From Candidatus Hydrogenedentota bacterium (GTDB lineage Bacteria > Hydrogenedentota > Hydrogenedentia > Hydrogenedentales > SLHB01), in NCBI GenBank assembly GCA_963745075.1, contig CAVUWV010000008.1, positions 160,001 through 224,000 on the forward strand: a DNA stretch of 64,000 nt, given 5' to 3'. Positions 10,427-20,820 of the stretch are shown here, piece by piece (position 1 is the stretch's first letter; the number at the start of each line of letters is the position of its first letter). A program made the translations under genes and the position numbers. The notes below the pieces were generated by a model. The model did no database searches and was not told the DNA's origin. It saw only the letters and a program-made list of their open reading frames with translations.

Positions 10427-12456
10427 GCCGCCGGCGGTATATTGCCCTTGCGATGGTACTGCTGGATACGGGGATTGCCGGTTTCTTTTTCAAGTCCTGG
10501 GTGTTCGCGCCGGCCATCGGGGTCGCCGCAGTCGTGGGCGGGTTGGGGCGGTGGCAACTCGCAGCCAGCCGCACCCGCGACCAACGTCTCGGGCTCGCGC
10601 TGATCGTCGTCGTGGTTCTGGCTTGGCGTTTGTTCGGCGTCGAGGGTGCCGTGGCTTCCGCAGGGTTGCAGGACGGGCTCGGCTTCGCGCTCGCGCAGCT
10701 CTTTCTGGCGGTGCAGGTGTACGAGCTGTTCGTGCGTCGCGAAGGCGGTATTTCGTCGTGGTTTGTGCTGTTCGGGGCCATTGTGATGATTGCCGCCGGG
10801 GACGTGATCGTGGCCGGTTCCTGGGAACGCATTTATAACCTGGCGTACCTTGCCGCATCGCTTGTCTTCGTTACGCTCATCGCGGCGTTCTGGGTGACGG
10901 GACGCAAGACCCGTGCAACCAACGCGCGAACCCGGCGGCCTTGGGGGATTGCATTGGCAACGCTCGCGCTGTCTCTCATCCTGGGCACGTTCCTGGCCGT
11001 TGGGTTGAAGGAGAACCAGCAGGATCTGGATACGTGGTTCGCAAATCTGATTGCGCCGCGGGCCCATGCGAGGGCTCTAGGATTCCCCGATCGGGCCTAC
11101 CTGCACAGCATCGGCGATATCAAAGAACACGATGCCGCGTCGGTGTCACTGCGCATCGTGAGTAAACGCATACCGGGTTATATGAAAGGCCTCGCGTACG
11201 ACCTGTACCGCGACGGGCAGTGGACGCTGTCCGTGCAAGGGCATTCGGTGCAGCCCGAACCGCGCGCTTTGGGGCTCGGCCCTGAACGGGGAATGGAGAC
11301 CTTCGACCTGATCCCCCAACCGCCGCGTGTGGAATCGACGATGAGGGTGTGGCCGGAAGTGAACACCACCGGCGCCTTCTTTACGCCGTACGACGCGGTC
11401 CGGCTGCATGCGCCTTACGAGTCTGTGGTCATGGATGCGCTCGGCAACGTGGGAAGTCCCGACAACAGTGTGCGGGCTCCGTACGAACTCGACGAATCAA
11501 ACGAGCTGCCGACGGAAACGCTTACCAAAGCGGACCGCGCGCGGTATACCGTGCTTCCGGGAAACTTCGACCCGGCCGTGGAACAGCTTGCGGCGGACTT
11601 GTTTGCCAATGCGCCGACCGCGCAAGAGAAGGTCGCGGCGGTCGTGCAGTACTTCCAGGAGAATTACGAATACAGTCTGAAAATATCCGTGCCGAACAAT
11701 GTCGACCCACTCACCTATTTTCTCCTCGAACGTCCGCCGGCGCACTGCGAGTTCTTTGCCTCCGGCGCGGCGATTCTGCTTCGGCTCGGCGGTGTGCCGA
11801 CCCGCTACGTCACCGGTTTCGTTGCGGTGGAACGGAATACCTTCGGCGACTACTGGATCGCGCGCAACCGGGACGCGCACGCCTGGGTCGAAGCGTACGA
11901 TCCGTCGCGCGGCTGGTTTCTCGTCGAAGCCACGGTATCCGACGGCGTGCCCGCGGAAGACGCCGAGCTGGAACCTTCCCGGCTCAGTCAGGCCTGGGAC
12001 TACGCGAAGTTTCTCGTGCGCGAGGTGGTGGCGGCCTACGTGGTCGGCGGGGTTCGGGGCGTGGCCCGTTGGATTGGCGACGCTTTGGTGCGCTTCGGCG
12101 CCGGACTTCTTGCGCCGATACCTGCAACGACGATCGTTCTCCTGGCGATAGCCGTTGTCGTCTGGGAATTCCGGCGCAAACGAAGCGCGCCGGAACGGAT
12201 CGAAGTTGCGTATGTCGCGGAGTTGCGCGCGTTGCTTGCCGAGATGGACCGCTACGTCCAGCGTACGGGGATCGAGCGCGCGCCCCATGAGACCCTGTCG
12301 CACTTCGCCGCGCGTTTGTCCGGCGAAATCGGCAACGCACGCGTTGCCACCGACGTCGCTCAGTGGTACCGCACTTACGCCCGCCTGCGCTTCGGGCCTC
12401 CCCCTTCTTCGGATCAACTGACTACGTTGAGGGAAGCATTGCCCAAGCCACGTTAG
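10423..12456 (+). CDS. Membrane transglutaminase-like protein (TgpA/DUF3488 type)
   Basis: ATGA overlap with DUF58; N-terminal TM helices; HCEFFAS, GVPTRYVTGF, DAHAWVEAY, GW..VEAT. Confidence 0.9.
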   Translation: MSRRRYIALAMVLLDTGIAGFFFKSWVFAPAIGVAAVVGGLGRWQLAASRTRDQRLGLALIVVVVLAWRLFGVEGAVASAGLQDGLGFALAQLFLAVQVYELFVRREGGISSWFVLFGAIVMIAAGDVIVAGSWERIYNLAYLAASLVFVTLIAAFWVTGRKTRATNARTRRPWGIALATLALSLILGTFLAVGLKENQQDLDTWFANLIAPRAHARALGFPDRAYLHSIGDIKEHDAASVSLRIVSKRIPGYMKGLAYDLYRDGQWTLSVQGHSVQPEPRALGLGPERGMETFDLIPQPPRVESTMRVWPEVNTTGAFFTPYDAVRLHAPYESVVMDALGNVGSPDNSVRAPYELDESNELPTETLTKADRARYTVLPGNFDPAVEQLAADLFANAPTAQEKVAAVVQYFQENYEYSLKISVPNNVDPLTYFLLERPPAHCEFFASGAAILLRLGGVPTRYVTGFVAVERNTFGDYWIARNRDAHAWVEAYDPSRGWFLVEATVSDGVPAEDAELEPSRLSQAWDYAKFLVREVVAAYVVGGVRGVARWIGDALVRFGAGLLAPIPATTIVLLAIAVVVWEFRRKRSAPERIEVAYVAELRALLAEMDRYVQRTGIERAPHETLSHFAARLSGEIGNARVATDVAQWYRTYARLRFGPPPSSDQLTTLREALPKPR

Positions 12457-12485
12457 GCACTTGGAACGGTGATAATGCGCGAAGA

Positions 12486-12573
12486 CCCCGTCCCTGACCT
12501 TCCCCGTGAACGGGGACGGAAACGCGTTGCCAACCGCTAGCTAGATCTTCGTGGACTCCTCCCAGGAGTCCAC
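12486..12573. repeat. Two intergenic palindromes (REP-like or terminator-like)
   Basis: CCCCGTCCCTGACCTTCCCCGTGAACGGGGACGG at 12486-12519, and perfect GTGGACTCCT-CCC-AGGAGTCCAC at 12551-12573. Confidence 0.5.
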
Positions 12574-12644
12574 AAGGACAGCAGGGACAGTCCGACGCAG
12601 GGCGAGGTCCCCCATCTGCCCGCGATTTGCTACTATGGTTGCGT

Positions 12645-14573
12645 ATGAGCAGCAGACCGCAGATCACCGCGCACGAACGCATCAACCTTCTGAAGAAACC
12701 CGAGGCGCGCCGGAGCGCGGAGGAGTTTCTCGCGTCGTTCGACTTGGCCAAGGTGCCGGCGTCGCCGGGGTGCTACATCATGCGCGACGAGAAGGATCGC
12801 GTGCTGTACGTGGGCAAGGCCAAGCACCTGCGGTCGCGCGTGCGGGCCTATATCAACGAGAGCGATTCGCGCTACATGGTGAAGTTTCTCATGCGGCGGG
12901 TCGCGCACATCGATTTTTTGTTGACGACAAATGAGAAAGAAGCGCTGCTCCTCGAAAACAATCTCATCAAACAGCACCGTCCGCGCTACAACGTCAATCT
13001 CAAGGACGACAAGACTTACGTCAGTCTGCGCATCAACCTGCCGCACGAATTCCCGCGCATCACCGTAACGCGCAAATTCCGGAAGGACGGGTCCAAGTAT
13101 TTCGGTCCTTATTCGAGCGCGGGCGCCGTGCGGGAGACGATCAAGCAGATTCAGCGGTTGTTTCCGCTGCGCTTGTGTTCGGACAGCGTGCTGCGCAACC
13201 GGACGCGGCCCTGTCTGTATTACCAGATGAACCAGTGCAGCGCGCCCTGCGTGGGCTATATCGATCGCGAAGAATACCGCAAACTCGTCGATCAGGTCAT
13301 CATGGTGCTGGAAGGGCGAAGCGCCGACCTCGAAAAGGAACTGCTGGAGACCATTCAACAGCACGCGGACAACCTCGAATTCGAGAAGGCCGCGGAAGTC
13401 CGCGATCGCGTCTACGCGTTGCGCACGACCCTCGAACGGCAGCGGACCGTACGCGCCCATGCTGAAGGCGACCAGGACGTGTTCGGCATACACACGCAAG
13501 GCCGGTACAGCGAAATTCAGGTACTGTTCATTCGCAACGGAAGAATGACCGGCGGGCGGTCCTTTTCGTTCAACCAGCGCGAAATGCCCATCGAGGAGGT
13601 GCTGAGTTCCTTTCTTCTCCAGTACTATTCGACCGTGTCGCAGGTGCCGTCCGAGATCCTGATCCCCGTCGAAATGGAAGAGAGCGACGTGCTGGCGGAT
13701 ATCCTGAGCGAGCAGCGCGGCGCGAAAGTTTCCGTGCACTGGCCGCAGCGCGGCGAGAAGCGGGCCTTGATTGTCATGTCCGAGCGCAATGCCAAGAATA
13801 ACTTCGAGGAGAAACGGCTCGCGGAACAGGCGAACCGCGACCTCGTCGTAGAACTGAAAGTGAAGCTCCGGCTGCACAAGAATCCGCAGCGCATCGAATG
13901 TTTTGACATTTCGACGATCCAGGGCAACCAGGCGGTCGGCTCGATGGTGACCTTCGAGGGCGGCGTCGCGGCGAAGTCGCGGTATCGCCGGTTTTCGATC
14001 AAGCAGGTCGAAGGCCAGGACGATTTCGGCATGATGCGCGAAGTGCTCCTGCGGCGATTCAAACGGGCCATCGAAGAAAGCGACCTGCCGGATCTCGTGC
14101 TTATCGACGGCGGGAAGGGTCAACTCAATGTGGCGACTGCCGTGTTCAAGGACCTCGGCATCGAAGATCTGGAGGCCGTTGGCATCGCCAAGTCGCGTGC
14201 GACCGGCGACGGTTCGCACTCGCCGGAACGGTTTTTCCTGCCGGGTCGCAAAGACCCCATCATTCTGAAACAGAACTCGCCGGTGGTGTTGTTCCTCGCG
14301 CGGATTCGCGACGAGGCGCACCGGTTCGCAATCACCTATCACCGCAAACGGCGAAGCAAATCGACCCTGAGCACGACGCTGACCGAAATCCCCGGCGTTG
14401 GACCCAAACGGGCGCGGGCGCTCTTGAACGCGTTTGGATCGCTGGCTAAAGTGAAACAGGCCTCGGTCGAGGAAATCGCGGGGGTGGCGGGATTCAATTG
14501 CGCTCTCGCTGCGTCGGTTCGCGAACACCTTGCGGCGTCACCGGACGGCGTAGAACAAAGGGAGGGGTCATGA
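12645..14573 (+). CDS. uvrC: Excinuclease ABC subunit C
   Basis: GIY-YIG region (PGCYIM, LYVGKAK), ALLLE, FGPY, FEKAAEVRD, IECFDIS, PDLVLIDGGKGQ, RDEAHRFA, HhH. Confidence 0.98.
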   Translation: MSSRPQITAHERINLLKKPEARRSAEEFLASFDLAKVPASPGCYIMRDEKDRVLYVGKAKHLRSRVRAYINESDSRYMVKFLMRRVAHIDFLLTTNEKEALLLENNLIKQHRPRYNVNLKDDKTYVSLRINLPHEFPRITVTRKFRKDGSKYFGPYSSAGAVRETIKQIQRLFPLRLCSDSVLRNRTRPCLYYQMNQCSAPCVGYIDREEYRKLVDQVIMVLEGRSADLEKELLETIQQHADNLEFEKAAEVRDRVYALRTTLERQRTVRAHAEGDQDVFGIHTQGRYSEIQVLFIRNGRMTGGRSFSFNQREMPIEEVLSSFLLQYYSTVSQVPSEILIPVEMEESDVLADILSEQRGAKVSVHWPQRGEKRALIVMSERNAKNNFEEKRLAEQANRDLVVELKVKLRLHKNPQRIECFDISTIQGNQAVGSMVTFEGGVAAKSRYRRFSIKQVEGQDDFGMMREVLLRRFKRAIEESDLPDLVLIDGGKGQLNVATAVFKDLGIEDLEAVGIAKSRATGDGSHSPERFFLPGRKDPIILKQNSPVVLFLARIRDEAHRFAITYHRKRRSKSTLSTTLTEIPGVGPKRARALLNAFGSLAKVKQASVEEIAGVAGFNCALAASVREHLAASPDGVEQREGS

Positions 14574-15880
14574 GTCCTGTGTTTGTTGCCATTCTGGTTG
14601 TGCTCGGACTGGTTTTTCTATTCTACGGTTACTTCGTGCTGCTGTTGCTGCGGTACCGCGAGCCGATTCGCGCGGACGAGACATACACCGTTCTCACGGA
14701 AGACCTGTGGCAAATTAAACTGTACCGTTCGCGCCCCGCGAAAGGAAGAGGCGAACCGGTCTTTCTGTGCCACAGCTTGTCGTCGAACCACCTTAATTTC
14801 GAAATCCCCGCGGGCGAATCGCTGGTCGATGTGTTGACGGAGGCGGGCTACGACTGCTGGTCCATCGATACGCGCGCCTGCCGCAGCGCCATTGCGCCGT
14901 CCGGCACGGGCAAACTCAGCGCGACGCTGGACGATATTTTGCTGAAGGATCTCCCCACGGCCCTCGCGTACATCCAAGAAAAGACCGGGTCCAAGCGGGT
15001 GCACTGGATCGGGCATTCGCTGGGCGGCATGCTGCTCTACGCGTACGTGGCGAAGTTTGGTTCAGACCACATCGCCAGTGGGACGACCCTCGGGTCACCG
15101 CCCGGATTCAAGGATATGCAGCTCCCCAATCGCGCCGTGCTTTCTGCGATTGTGCCGTTTACTTTCGGGATCATGTCCTTCTTTTTCCGGGGGTTAATTC
15201 CCTTCGCGACGGTCATTCATCCCAAGAGCAAGCTGGTGCCCATCAATTGGGACAACGTCCATCCCGGACTGAGCAATGCGGAATTGTTCTACGCCGCCGA
15301 GATGCCGATGCCGCGCGTGGGCGGCCAGTTGAACCAGTGGTCGTCGCAGGGCGTGTGGCGCATGTGCGCGGATACGCTCGACGTGCAGGAGCGATTGCCG
15401 GAACTGGACATTCCGCTGTTCGCAATTTATGGCGGCAGCGATCCGCTGGCGACCCGCAAAGCCGGGGAAGCGTTTGTTGCATCGCTGAAGACCAAAGACA
15501 AGAAGATGATCGTGTTGTGCAAGCACGACGGGTATTCCGCGAACTACAGTCATTTGGACCTGGTATTCGCCTTGAACGGCAGGAAGGAAGTTTACGAACC
15601 TGTCGCGGAATGGATTGCGGCCCATCCCATGAAGAGCTGGCGTAGTGGCGGTGCCGCTGCGTCTCGTACCCGCACGCGCCGAAAGCCGACGCCGTCCCGC
15701 GCAAAGGCGGCTGCGAAGAAGCCCGCGGCCAAGTCGACCGCAAAGTCGAAGGCCAAAGCGAAACCGGCGCGGGCCGCTAAAGCTAAGCCCGCATCAAAGA
15801 AGAAGCCGGCCGCGAAGAAGTCTACTGCCAAGCCGAAGGCGAAAAAGAAACCCGCGGCGAAGAAACGTGGAACGCGATAG
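14570..15880 (+). CDS. Membrane-anchored alpha/beta hydrolase (PhaC-like fold) with histone-H1-like Lys/Ala/Pro tail
   Basis: ATGA overlap with uvrC; N-terminal TM helix; GHSLGG nucleophile elbow; GSDPL; YSHLDL; C-terminal KKPAA repeats. Confidence 0.85.
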   Translation: MSPVFVAILVVLGLVFLFYGYFVLLLLRYREPIRADETYTVLTEDLWQIKLYRSRPAKGRGEPVFLCHSLSSNHLNFEIPAGESLVDVLTEAGYDCWSIDTRACRSAIAPSGTGKLSATLDDILLKDLPTALAYIQEKTGSKRVHWIGHSLGGMLLYAYVAKFGSDHIASGTTLGSPPGFKDMQLPNRAVLSAIVPFTFGIMSFFFRGLIPFATVIHPKSKLVPINWDNVHPGLSNAELFYAAEMPMPRVGGQLNQWSSQGVWRMCADTLDVQERLPELDIPLFAIYGGSDPLATRKAGEAFVASLKTKDKKMIVLCKHDGYSANYSHLDLVFALNGRKEVYEPVAEWIAAHPMKSWRSGGAAASRTRTRRKPTPSRAKAAAKKPAAKSTAKSKAKAKPARAAKAKPASKKKPAAKKSTAKPKAKKKPAAKKRGTR

Positions 15881-15947
15881 CCCGATCGGCGTCTAGCGGT
15901 TTCACAGCTGCGGATGCGCGAACAATCTCGGCGAGGGAGGCGAAACG

Positions 15948-17512
15948 ATGAAACGAAATCTCTATGTGGGTTTCGGCAGTGACGTTCGCACTCGGCGCGG
16001 TTGCGCAAGACCCGTGGGAACAGGCGTCGAAGAACGGCGAATTGAACCGGCAATCTTTGCTCCATTGCTGGCGGTTTGTGGAGGGGTGGCTTCAGCACGC
16101 CGATCCCGTCACGGGCTTGATCCCGCGGAACCTGAGCAGCGACTTTTTCTGGAACGCGCGGGACTCGGCGGCGGACAATTACCCTTTCATGGTGCTGTCG
16201 ACATTTTATACCGACCGCGCGATCATTCAACGGCCGCATGAAGGACATGCTGGAGACGGAACAGCGCGTGACCAACCGCGTGGACCGGTTGCCCGACGAT
16301 TTCCTCTTTGCGACCCAGGCGTTTCGTACGCCGGAACCGGATATGGGTACGATCATCTTCGGTGCCAGCGAATACGCCAAGGATGGCCTCACGCCGGTAA
16401 CGGAACTCCTCGGGCCGAGTCCGTGGTCGGAACGCATGTTGGGCTTGCTGGACGATGTCTGGAAGCACGGTGCGGAACAGACTGAAGCGGGTGTGTTGCC
16501 GTCGACTTCCCACGAAGTGTGCGGCGAGATGATGCAGACGCTTTCGCGTATGTATTGGATGACCGGTAACGAGCAATACCGGGATGACGCCTTCGCCATT
16601 GCGGATTATTTCCTCAAGTATCACCTCCCTACCGAGGCGAAGGAGCTGCGCCTGGACGATCACGGCTGCGAAGTCATCGGCGGGTTGTCGGAGGTCTATT
16701 ACCTCGCGGCACACGTCGATCCGGACCGGCGCGAAGCATGGCGTCCGGCCATGCACAAAGTCCTGGACCGTGTCCTCGAAGTGGGCCGCGACGATACGGG
16801 CCTGCTTTACAATCTGGTGAATCCCGTGACCGGCGAGATCAAGTCCGACGAACGGACCGACAACTGGGGCTACAACTACAATGCTTTTCTCGTAGTCGCG
16901 GACCTGGATCAGGAATCGCGGTATCGCGAAGCCGTCGAATTCGTGATGGCCAATATCATTAGAGCCAAGGACTATCCCTGGGAACGGGACGGGGCGGACG
17001 GCATCGCCGATTCGCTTGAGGGTGGATTGAATCTGCTCAACCGCATCCCCGATCCGCAGGCCATCGAGTGGGCGGACTACACGGCCCAGCGCCTTTTCGC
17101 CAAGCAGCGCGACACAGGTGTTATCGAAGGCTGGCACGGCGACGGCAATTTCGCGCGCACGGTGCTCATGTATGGCCTGTGGAAGAGTCGCGGCGCGTAC
17201 GTGCAACCGTGGCGGGCGGACCTCCGTGTCGGGGCCGCGCGGGGGGACAATGGGTCCCTGTATTTCGTCGTGGAATCGGACTGGCCGTGGAAGGGCACGC
17301 TCCACTTCGACCTGCCGCGTCATGCCGAGTACTTGCAGATTCCGTCCGACTATCCCCGGCTGAACCAGTTCCCCGAATGGTTTACCGTGCCCGCCGACGG
17401 CGTGTACGCAACGGACGATGGGGAGATTAGCGCCGCGGACTTGCGTACCGGGATCGAGATTACCGTCGGGCCGGACGCACCATACAAACTGCACATCATT
17501 CCAAGGAGTTGA
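15948..17512 (+). CDS. Secreted (alpha/alpha)-barrel glycoside-hydrolase-like hypothetical protein, with two apparent +1 frameshifts (~15957, ~16223)
   Basis: AGGGAGG RBS before ATG 15948. Removing one base at each site gives MKRISMWVSAV... and ...FNGRMKDML. Trp/Asp/Glu-rich helical motifs. Function is a guess. Confidence 0.6.
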
Positions 17513-17514
17513 TT

Positions 17515-18422
17515 ATGAATCTGACCCGCCGGGATTTTCTCGCGGCTTCGCTGGCTGCGGGGGTCGCGATTACGTCGCGGTCCGCGGCGTGGGCCGCCGA
17601 AGGGCAGCGCCCACCCGTGTGCGTGTTTTCCAAGCACCTGCAGTTCATTACGGATTACGGCGACCTCGCCCGTACGGCAAAGGATCTCGGCCTGGACGGG
17701 CTGGATCTCACCGTTCGCACGGGCGGCCACGTGCTGCCGGAGAACGCAGCGACCGACTTGCCTCGCGCGGTTGAAGCCATTCGCGCGGAGGGACTCGACG
17801 TTCCCATGATTACGACGGGACTGGACGACGGAACGGACGCCGACGCCAGGCCGATCCTGGAGGCGGCGTCCAAACTGAGGGATTCGCTACGCGCGCGTCG
17901 GCGGATTGCGCTATTCCGACAACGGCGATATCATGAAAGAGCTGGATGGATTCACGCACCAGATGCAATCCCTCGCGGAGCGTATTCGGCGAATACGACA
18001 TGGTCGCGGGGTACCACAACCACTCGGGCGGCACCAACGTCGGCGCCGTCTTGTGGGACCTGTACCACATGATTCGCGCCGTCAACGCGGAGAGCTTCGG
18101 GTCCAATTTCGACGTGGGCCACGCCGCCATCGAAGGCGCCTACGCGGGTTGGCGCATTAACGCGCGGCTGGTGGCGCCGTACGTGAAGATGATGGCTGTC
18201 AAAGATTTTGTGTGGGATGGGGACCGTCCGCGCTGGGTGCCGCTGGGTCAGGGCATCGTGAAGACGACGGAATTCCTGAAGATCTTCCGTGGTGCCGGGT
18301 TCGCCGGCCCGATTTCGGTTCATTTCGAATACAAACCGGAATCTCATGATGGACTGCTGGAGGATATCCGGGCGGCAGTGATCGCAACGCGGGGCTACCT
18401 GCGCGAGGCGGGTTACACCTGA
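17515..18422 (+). CDS. Tat-exported sugar phosphate isomerase/epimerase (xylose-isomerase-like TIM barrel), with two apparent +1 frameshifts (17878, ~17980)
   Basis: MNLTRRDFL Tat motif; VFSKHLQ, DLTVR.GGHV, YHNHSG, FDVGH, VKDF, SVHFEY motifs spread over three successive frames. Confidence 0.85.
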
Positions 18423-18516
18423 CGTCGGGAATACCGGCGCGATTGCAACCATTCCCTCTTTTCAAGCATCGTATTCGCAAGGCTAATCACGTCCGATCGA
18501 TAGCCGGAAAGGACTT

Positions 18517-19059
18517 ATGGATATTCCCTGGGGAGAAATCGGCGCTACGACCTTGACCATAACAGGCTGGTCGCTGTTCGCCGTTGCCGTGCTCGTAGGG
18601 CTGGTTCTGGACCTGCTGGGACTGTTTGGCAACTGGATCATCCTGGGCGCGGTCGTCATCGCGTGGGTGGCGACTGGATTCGAACACTTCGGTTGGGTTG
18701 GCCTGCTATTTATGACGGGCCTCGCGGTTATGGGCGAAGTATTGGAAACGGCCGCCGCAGGCTACGGCGCCGCCAAGTTTGGCGGGGGGCGCGGTACGAT
18801 CATTTCCGCGCTGATCGGGTGCTTCGCGGGCGCCGTTCTCTTTACCCCCCTCATTCCGGTTCCCCTGATTGGGACGGTTATCGGGGCCTGCCTGGGGTCT
18901 TTTCTTGCTGCGGCGCTTTACGAATACATCCAGATGGAGCGCCAAGCCCACCAAGCCCTGTGGACCGGATTCGGCGCGGCCCTCGGCAAGGTGGGCGGCA
19001 TTTTCGCCAAGTTGCTCGTAGGCGTAATTATGCTGGTCATCGCCGCGATGACCTTCTGA
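18517..19059 (+). CDS. DUF456 family membrane protein
   Basis: Hydrophobic, Gly-rich; GAAKFGGG, PVPLIGTVIGA..G motifs; AAGGA RBS. Confidence 0.85.
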   Translation: MDIPWGEIGATTLTITGWSLFAVAVLVGLVLDLLGLFGNWIILGAVVIAWVATGFEHFGWVGLLFMTGLAVMGEVLETAAAGYGAAKFGGGRGTIISALIGCFAGAVLFTPLIPVPLIGTVIGACLGSFLAAALYEYIQMERQAHQALWTGFGAALGKVGGIFAKLLVGVIMLVIAAMTF

Positions 19060-19142
19060 CCCTGAAAACTGATATACTGCATCCGACGTTTCGCCCTCTC
19101 CCCCGAACCGCATTTTTGTTGTGGCGCATCTCCGTCCGGTGG

Positions 19143-19172
19143 TTGAAGTTTCCGTTCTCCGTGTGCTAGACT
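19143..19172 (+). promoter_or_regulatory. sigma70-type promoter of the ffh operon
   Basis: TTGAAG-N18-TAGACT with an extended -10 TG. Confidence 0.5.
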
Positions 19173-19245
19173 CCCCAGTCTGTCATCAGGGGCGATCTGT
19201 GCCCGTGAGACGAATTCCTGAAAAACGAGAAATCCGGGTTATATC

Positions 19246-20574
19246 GTGTTCGAGTCCTTAAGCAAAAAGCTGGAACGTGCCTTCAAGAACCTTCGCGGTC
19301 AGGGCAAACTGACCGAGAAGAACATGAAGGATGGTCTCCAGGAAATCCGGATGGCGCTGCTCGAGGCCGACGTTAACTATAAGGTCGTCAAGCAGTTCAT
19401 TGCGGACGTGCAGGAGCAGGCCCTCGGGCAGGAGGTCCTGTCGAGCCTGCAACCCGGGCAGGTCCTGGTCAAGATCGTCCACGACGAGTTGATCAAGATC
19501 ATGGGCGGGTCGAATGCCCCGCTCCAGTTAGCTCAGACCCCGCCCACGATCATCATGATGGTCGGGCTCCAAGGGCAAGGCAAGACGACGACGGCCGGAA
19601 AGCTGGCCTTACAGTTGAAGAAACAGGGCCGTCACCCCCTGCTGGTCGGCGCGGACGTGTACCGCCCCGCAGCCATCAAACAGTTGGAGGTGGTCGCGCA
19701 GCAGGCGGGCGTGGAATCGTTCAGCCTGGGCTCGGACGCGGATCCCGTGGACACCTGCGTCATGGCCCGCGGCGAGGCGCAGATGCGCAATTGCGACGTC
19801 ATCATCCTCGACACGGCGGGCCGGCTGCACGTGGACGAGCAGATGATGGGCGAAGTCCGGCGTATCCAGGCGCAGGTGACGCCCCACGAGATTCTGTTCG
19901 TGGCGAACGCCATGACCGGTCAAGACGCGGTGAATTCGGCCAAGCAGTTCCACGAGAATCTGCCGTTGACGGGCGTGATTCTGACGCAGATGGACGGCGA
20001 TGCGCGCGGTGGCGCGGCAATCAGCCTGATTCAAGTTACGGGCTGTCCGATCAAGTTCGTCGGAACGGGCGAGAAACTCGACGCGCTGCAGGCGTTTCAT
20101 CCGCAGCGCATGGCGGACCAGATCCTGGGCATGGGCGACATCGTATCGCTCGTGGAACAGGCCCAGCAGGTAGTCGACCAGGAAAAGGCCCTCGCGTTCC
20201 AGAAGAAGGCGCGCAAGGCCTCGTGGGACCTCGAGGATTTCCTCGAACAGATGCAGCAGATCAAGAAGATGGGCAATCTGGGCGACTTGGTAAAGAAGAT
20301 TCCGGGCATGGCGAAGATGCTGGGCGACCAGGAACTCGACATGGACGAACTGAAATACACGGAAGCCATCATCTACTCGATGACGAAGAAGGAGCGCAAG
20401 AATCCGAAGATCATCAACGGGAGCCGGCGTCTCCGCATCGCCGACGGCAGTGGCACGACCGTGCAGGATATCAACCGCTTGCTGAAAGACTTCGAGAAGA
20501 TGAAGAAGATGATGAAGCAAATGATGAAAGGGGGCGGCAAAGGCCGGCGTATGATGCGTATGCCCGGCATGTAG
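19246..20574 (+). CDS. ffh: Signal recognition particle protein Ffh
   Basis: ALLEADV, GLQGQGKTTT, DTAGR, DGDARGGAA, Met-rich M domain. Confidence 0.99.
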   Translation: MFESLSKKLERAFKNLRGQGKLTEKNMKDGLQEIRMALLEADVNYKVVKQFIADVQEQALGQEVLSSLQPGQVLVKIVHDELIKIMGGSNAPLQLAQTPPTIIMMVGLQGQGKTTTAGKLALQLKKQGRHPLLVGADVYRPAAIKQLEVVAQQAGVESFSLGSDADPVDTCVMARGEAQMRNCDVIILDTAGRLHVDEQMMGEVRRIQAQVTPHEILFVANAMTGQDAVNSAKQFHENLPLTGVILTQMDGDARGGAAISLIQVTGCPIKFVGTGEKLDALQAFHPQRMADQILGMGDIVSLVEQAQQVVDQEKALAFQKKARKASWDLEDFLEQMQQIKKMGNLGDLVKKIPGMAKMLGDQELDMDELKYTEAIIYSMTKKERKNPKIINGSRRLRIADGSGTTVQDINRLLKDFEKMKKMMKQMMKGGGKGRRMMRMPGM

Positions 20575-20581
20575 GCCGAAG

Positions 20582-20749
20582 AACATCCCCCTTGATCCCC
20601 CTTCAAAGGGGGAATGAAGACGGCAAGCCGCTGGCGTGGAGTGGCCGTCGTCATGGCTTAGAAGTTGAGTGTTCGGATCTCCCTAACCGGGACGCACCGC
20701 GAAGCGGGCGTACGAATTCCCCCTTTGAAGGGGGATCAAGGGGGATGTT
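20582..20749. repeat. REPIN/MITE-like element A1: 34-bp perfect inverted repeats with 100-bp spacer
   Basis: AACATCCCCCTTGATCCCCCTTCAAAGGGGGAAT at 20582-20615 and its reverse complement at 20716-20749. Confidence 0.9.
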
Positions 20750-20820
20750 GGCTCAGCAGTTATACGAACGGTGATGGATGCGCCGTAGGGCGCGATAGAC
20801 CCAGGAGAAGAGGAAACGGT

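Noticed and set aside
12633..14528. Long antisense ORFs (631 aa here; also 23828-25459, 37128-38600, 46667-48625)
   Set aside because: Shadow frames opposite well-supported genes, as expected at high GC3.
19060..19245. Possible SRP RNA next to ffh
   Set aside because: No SRP helix-8 GGAA motif; the region is accounted for by a promoter.
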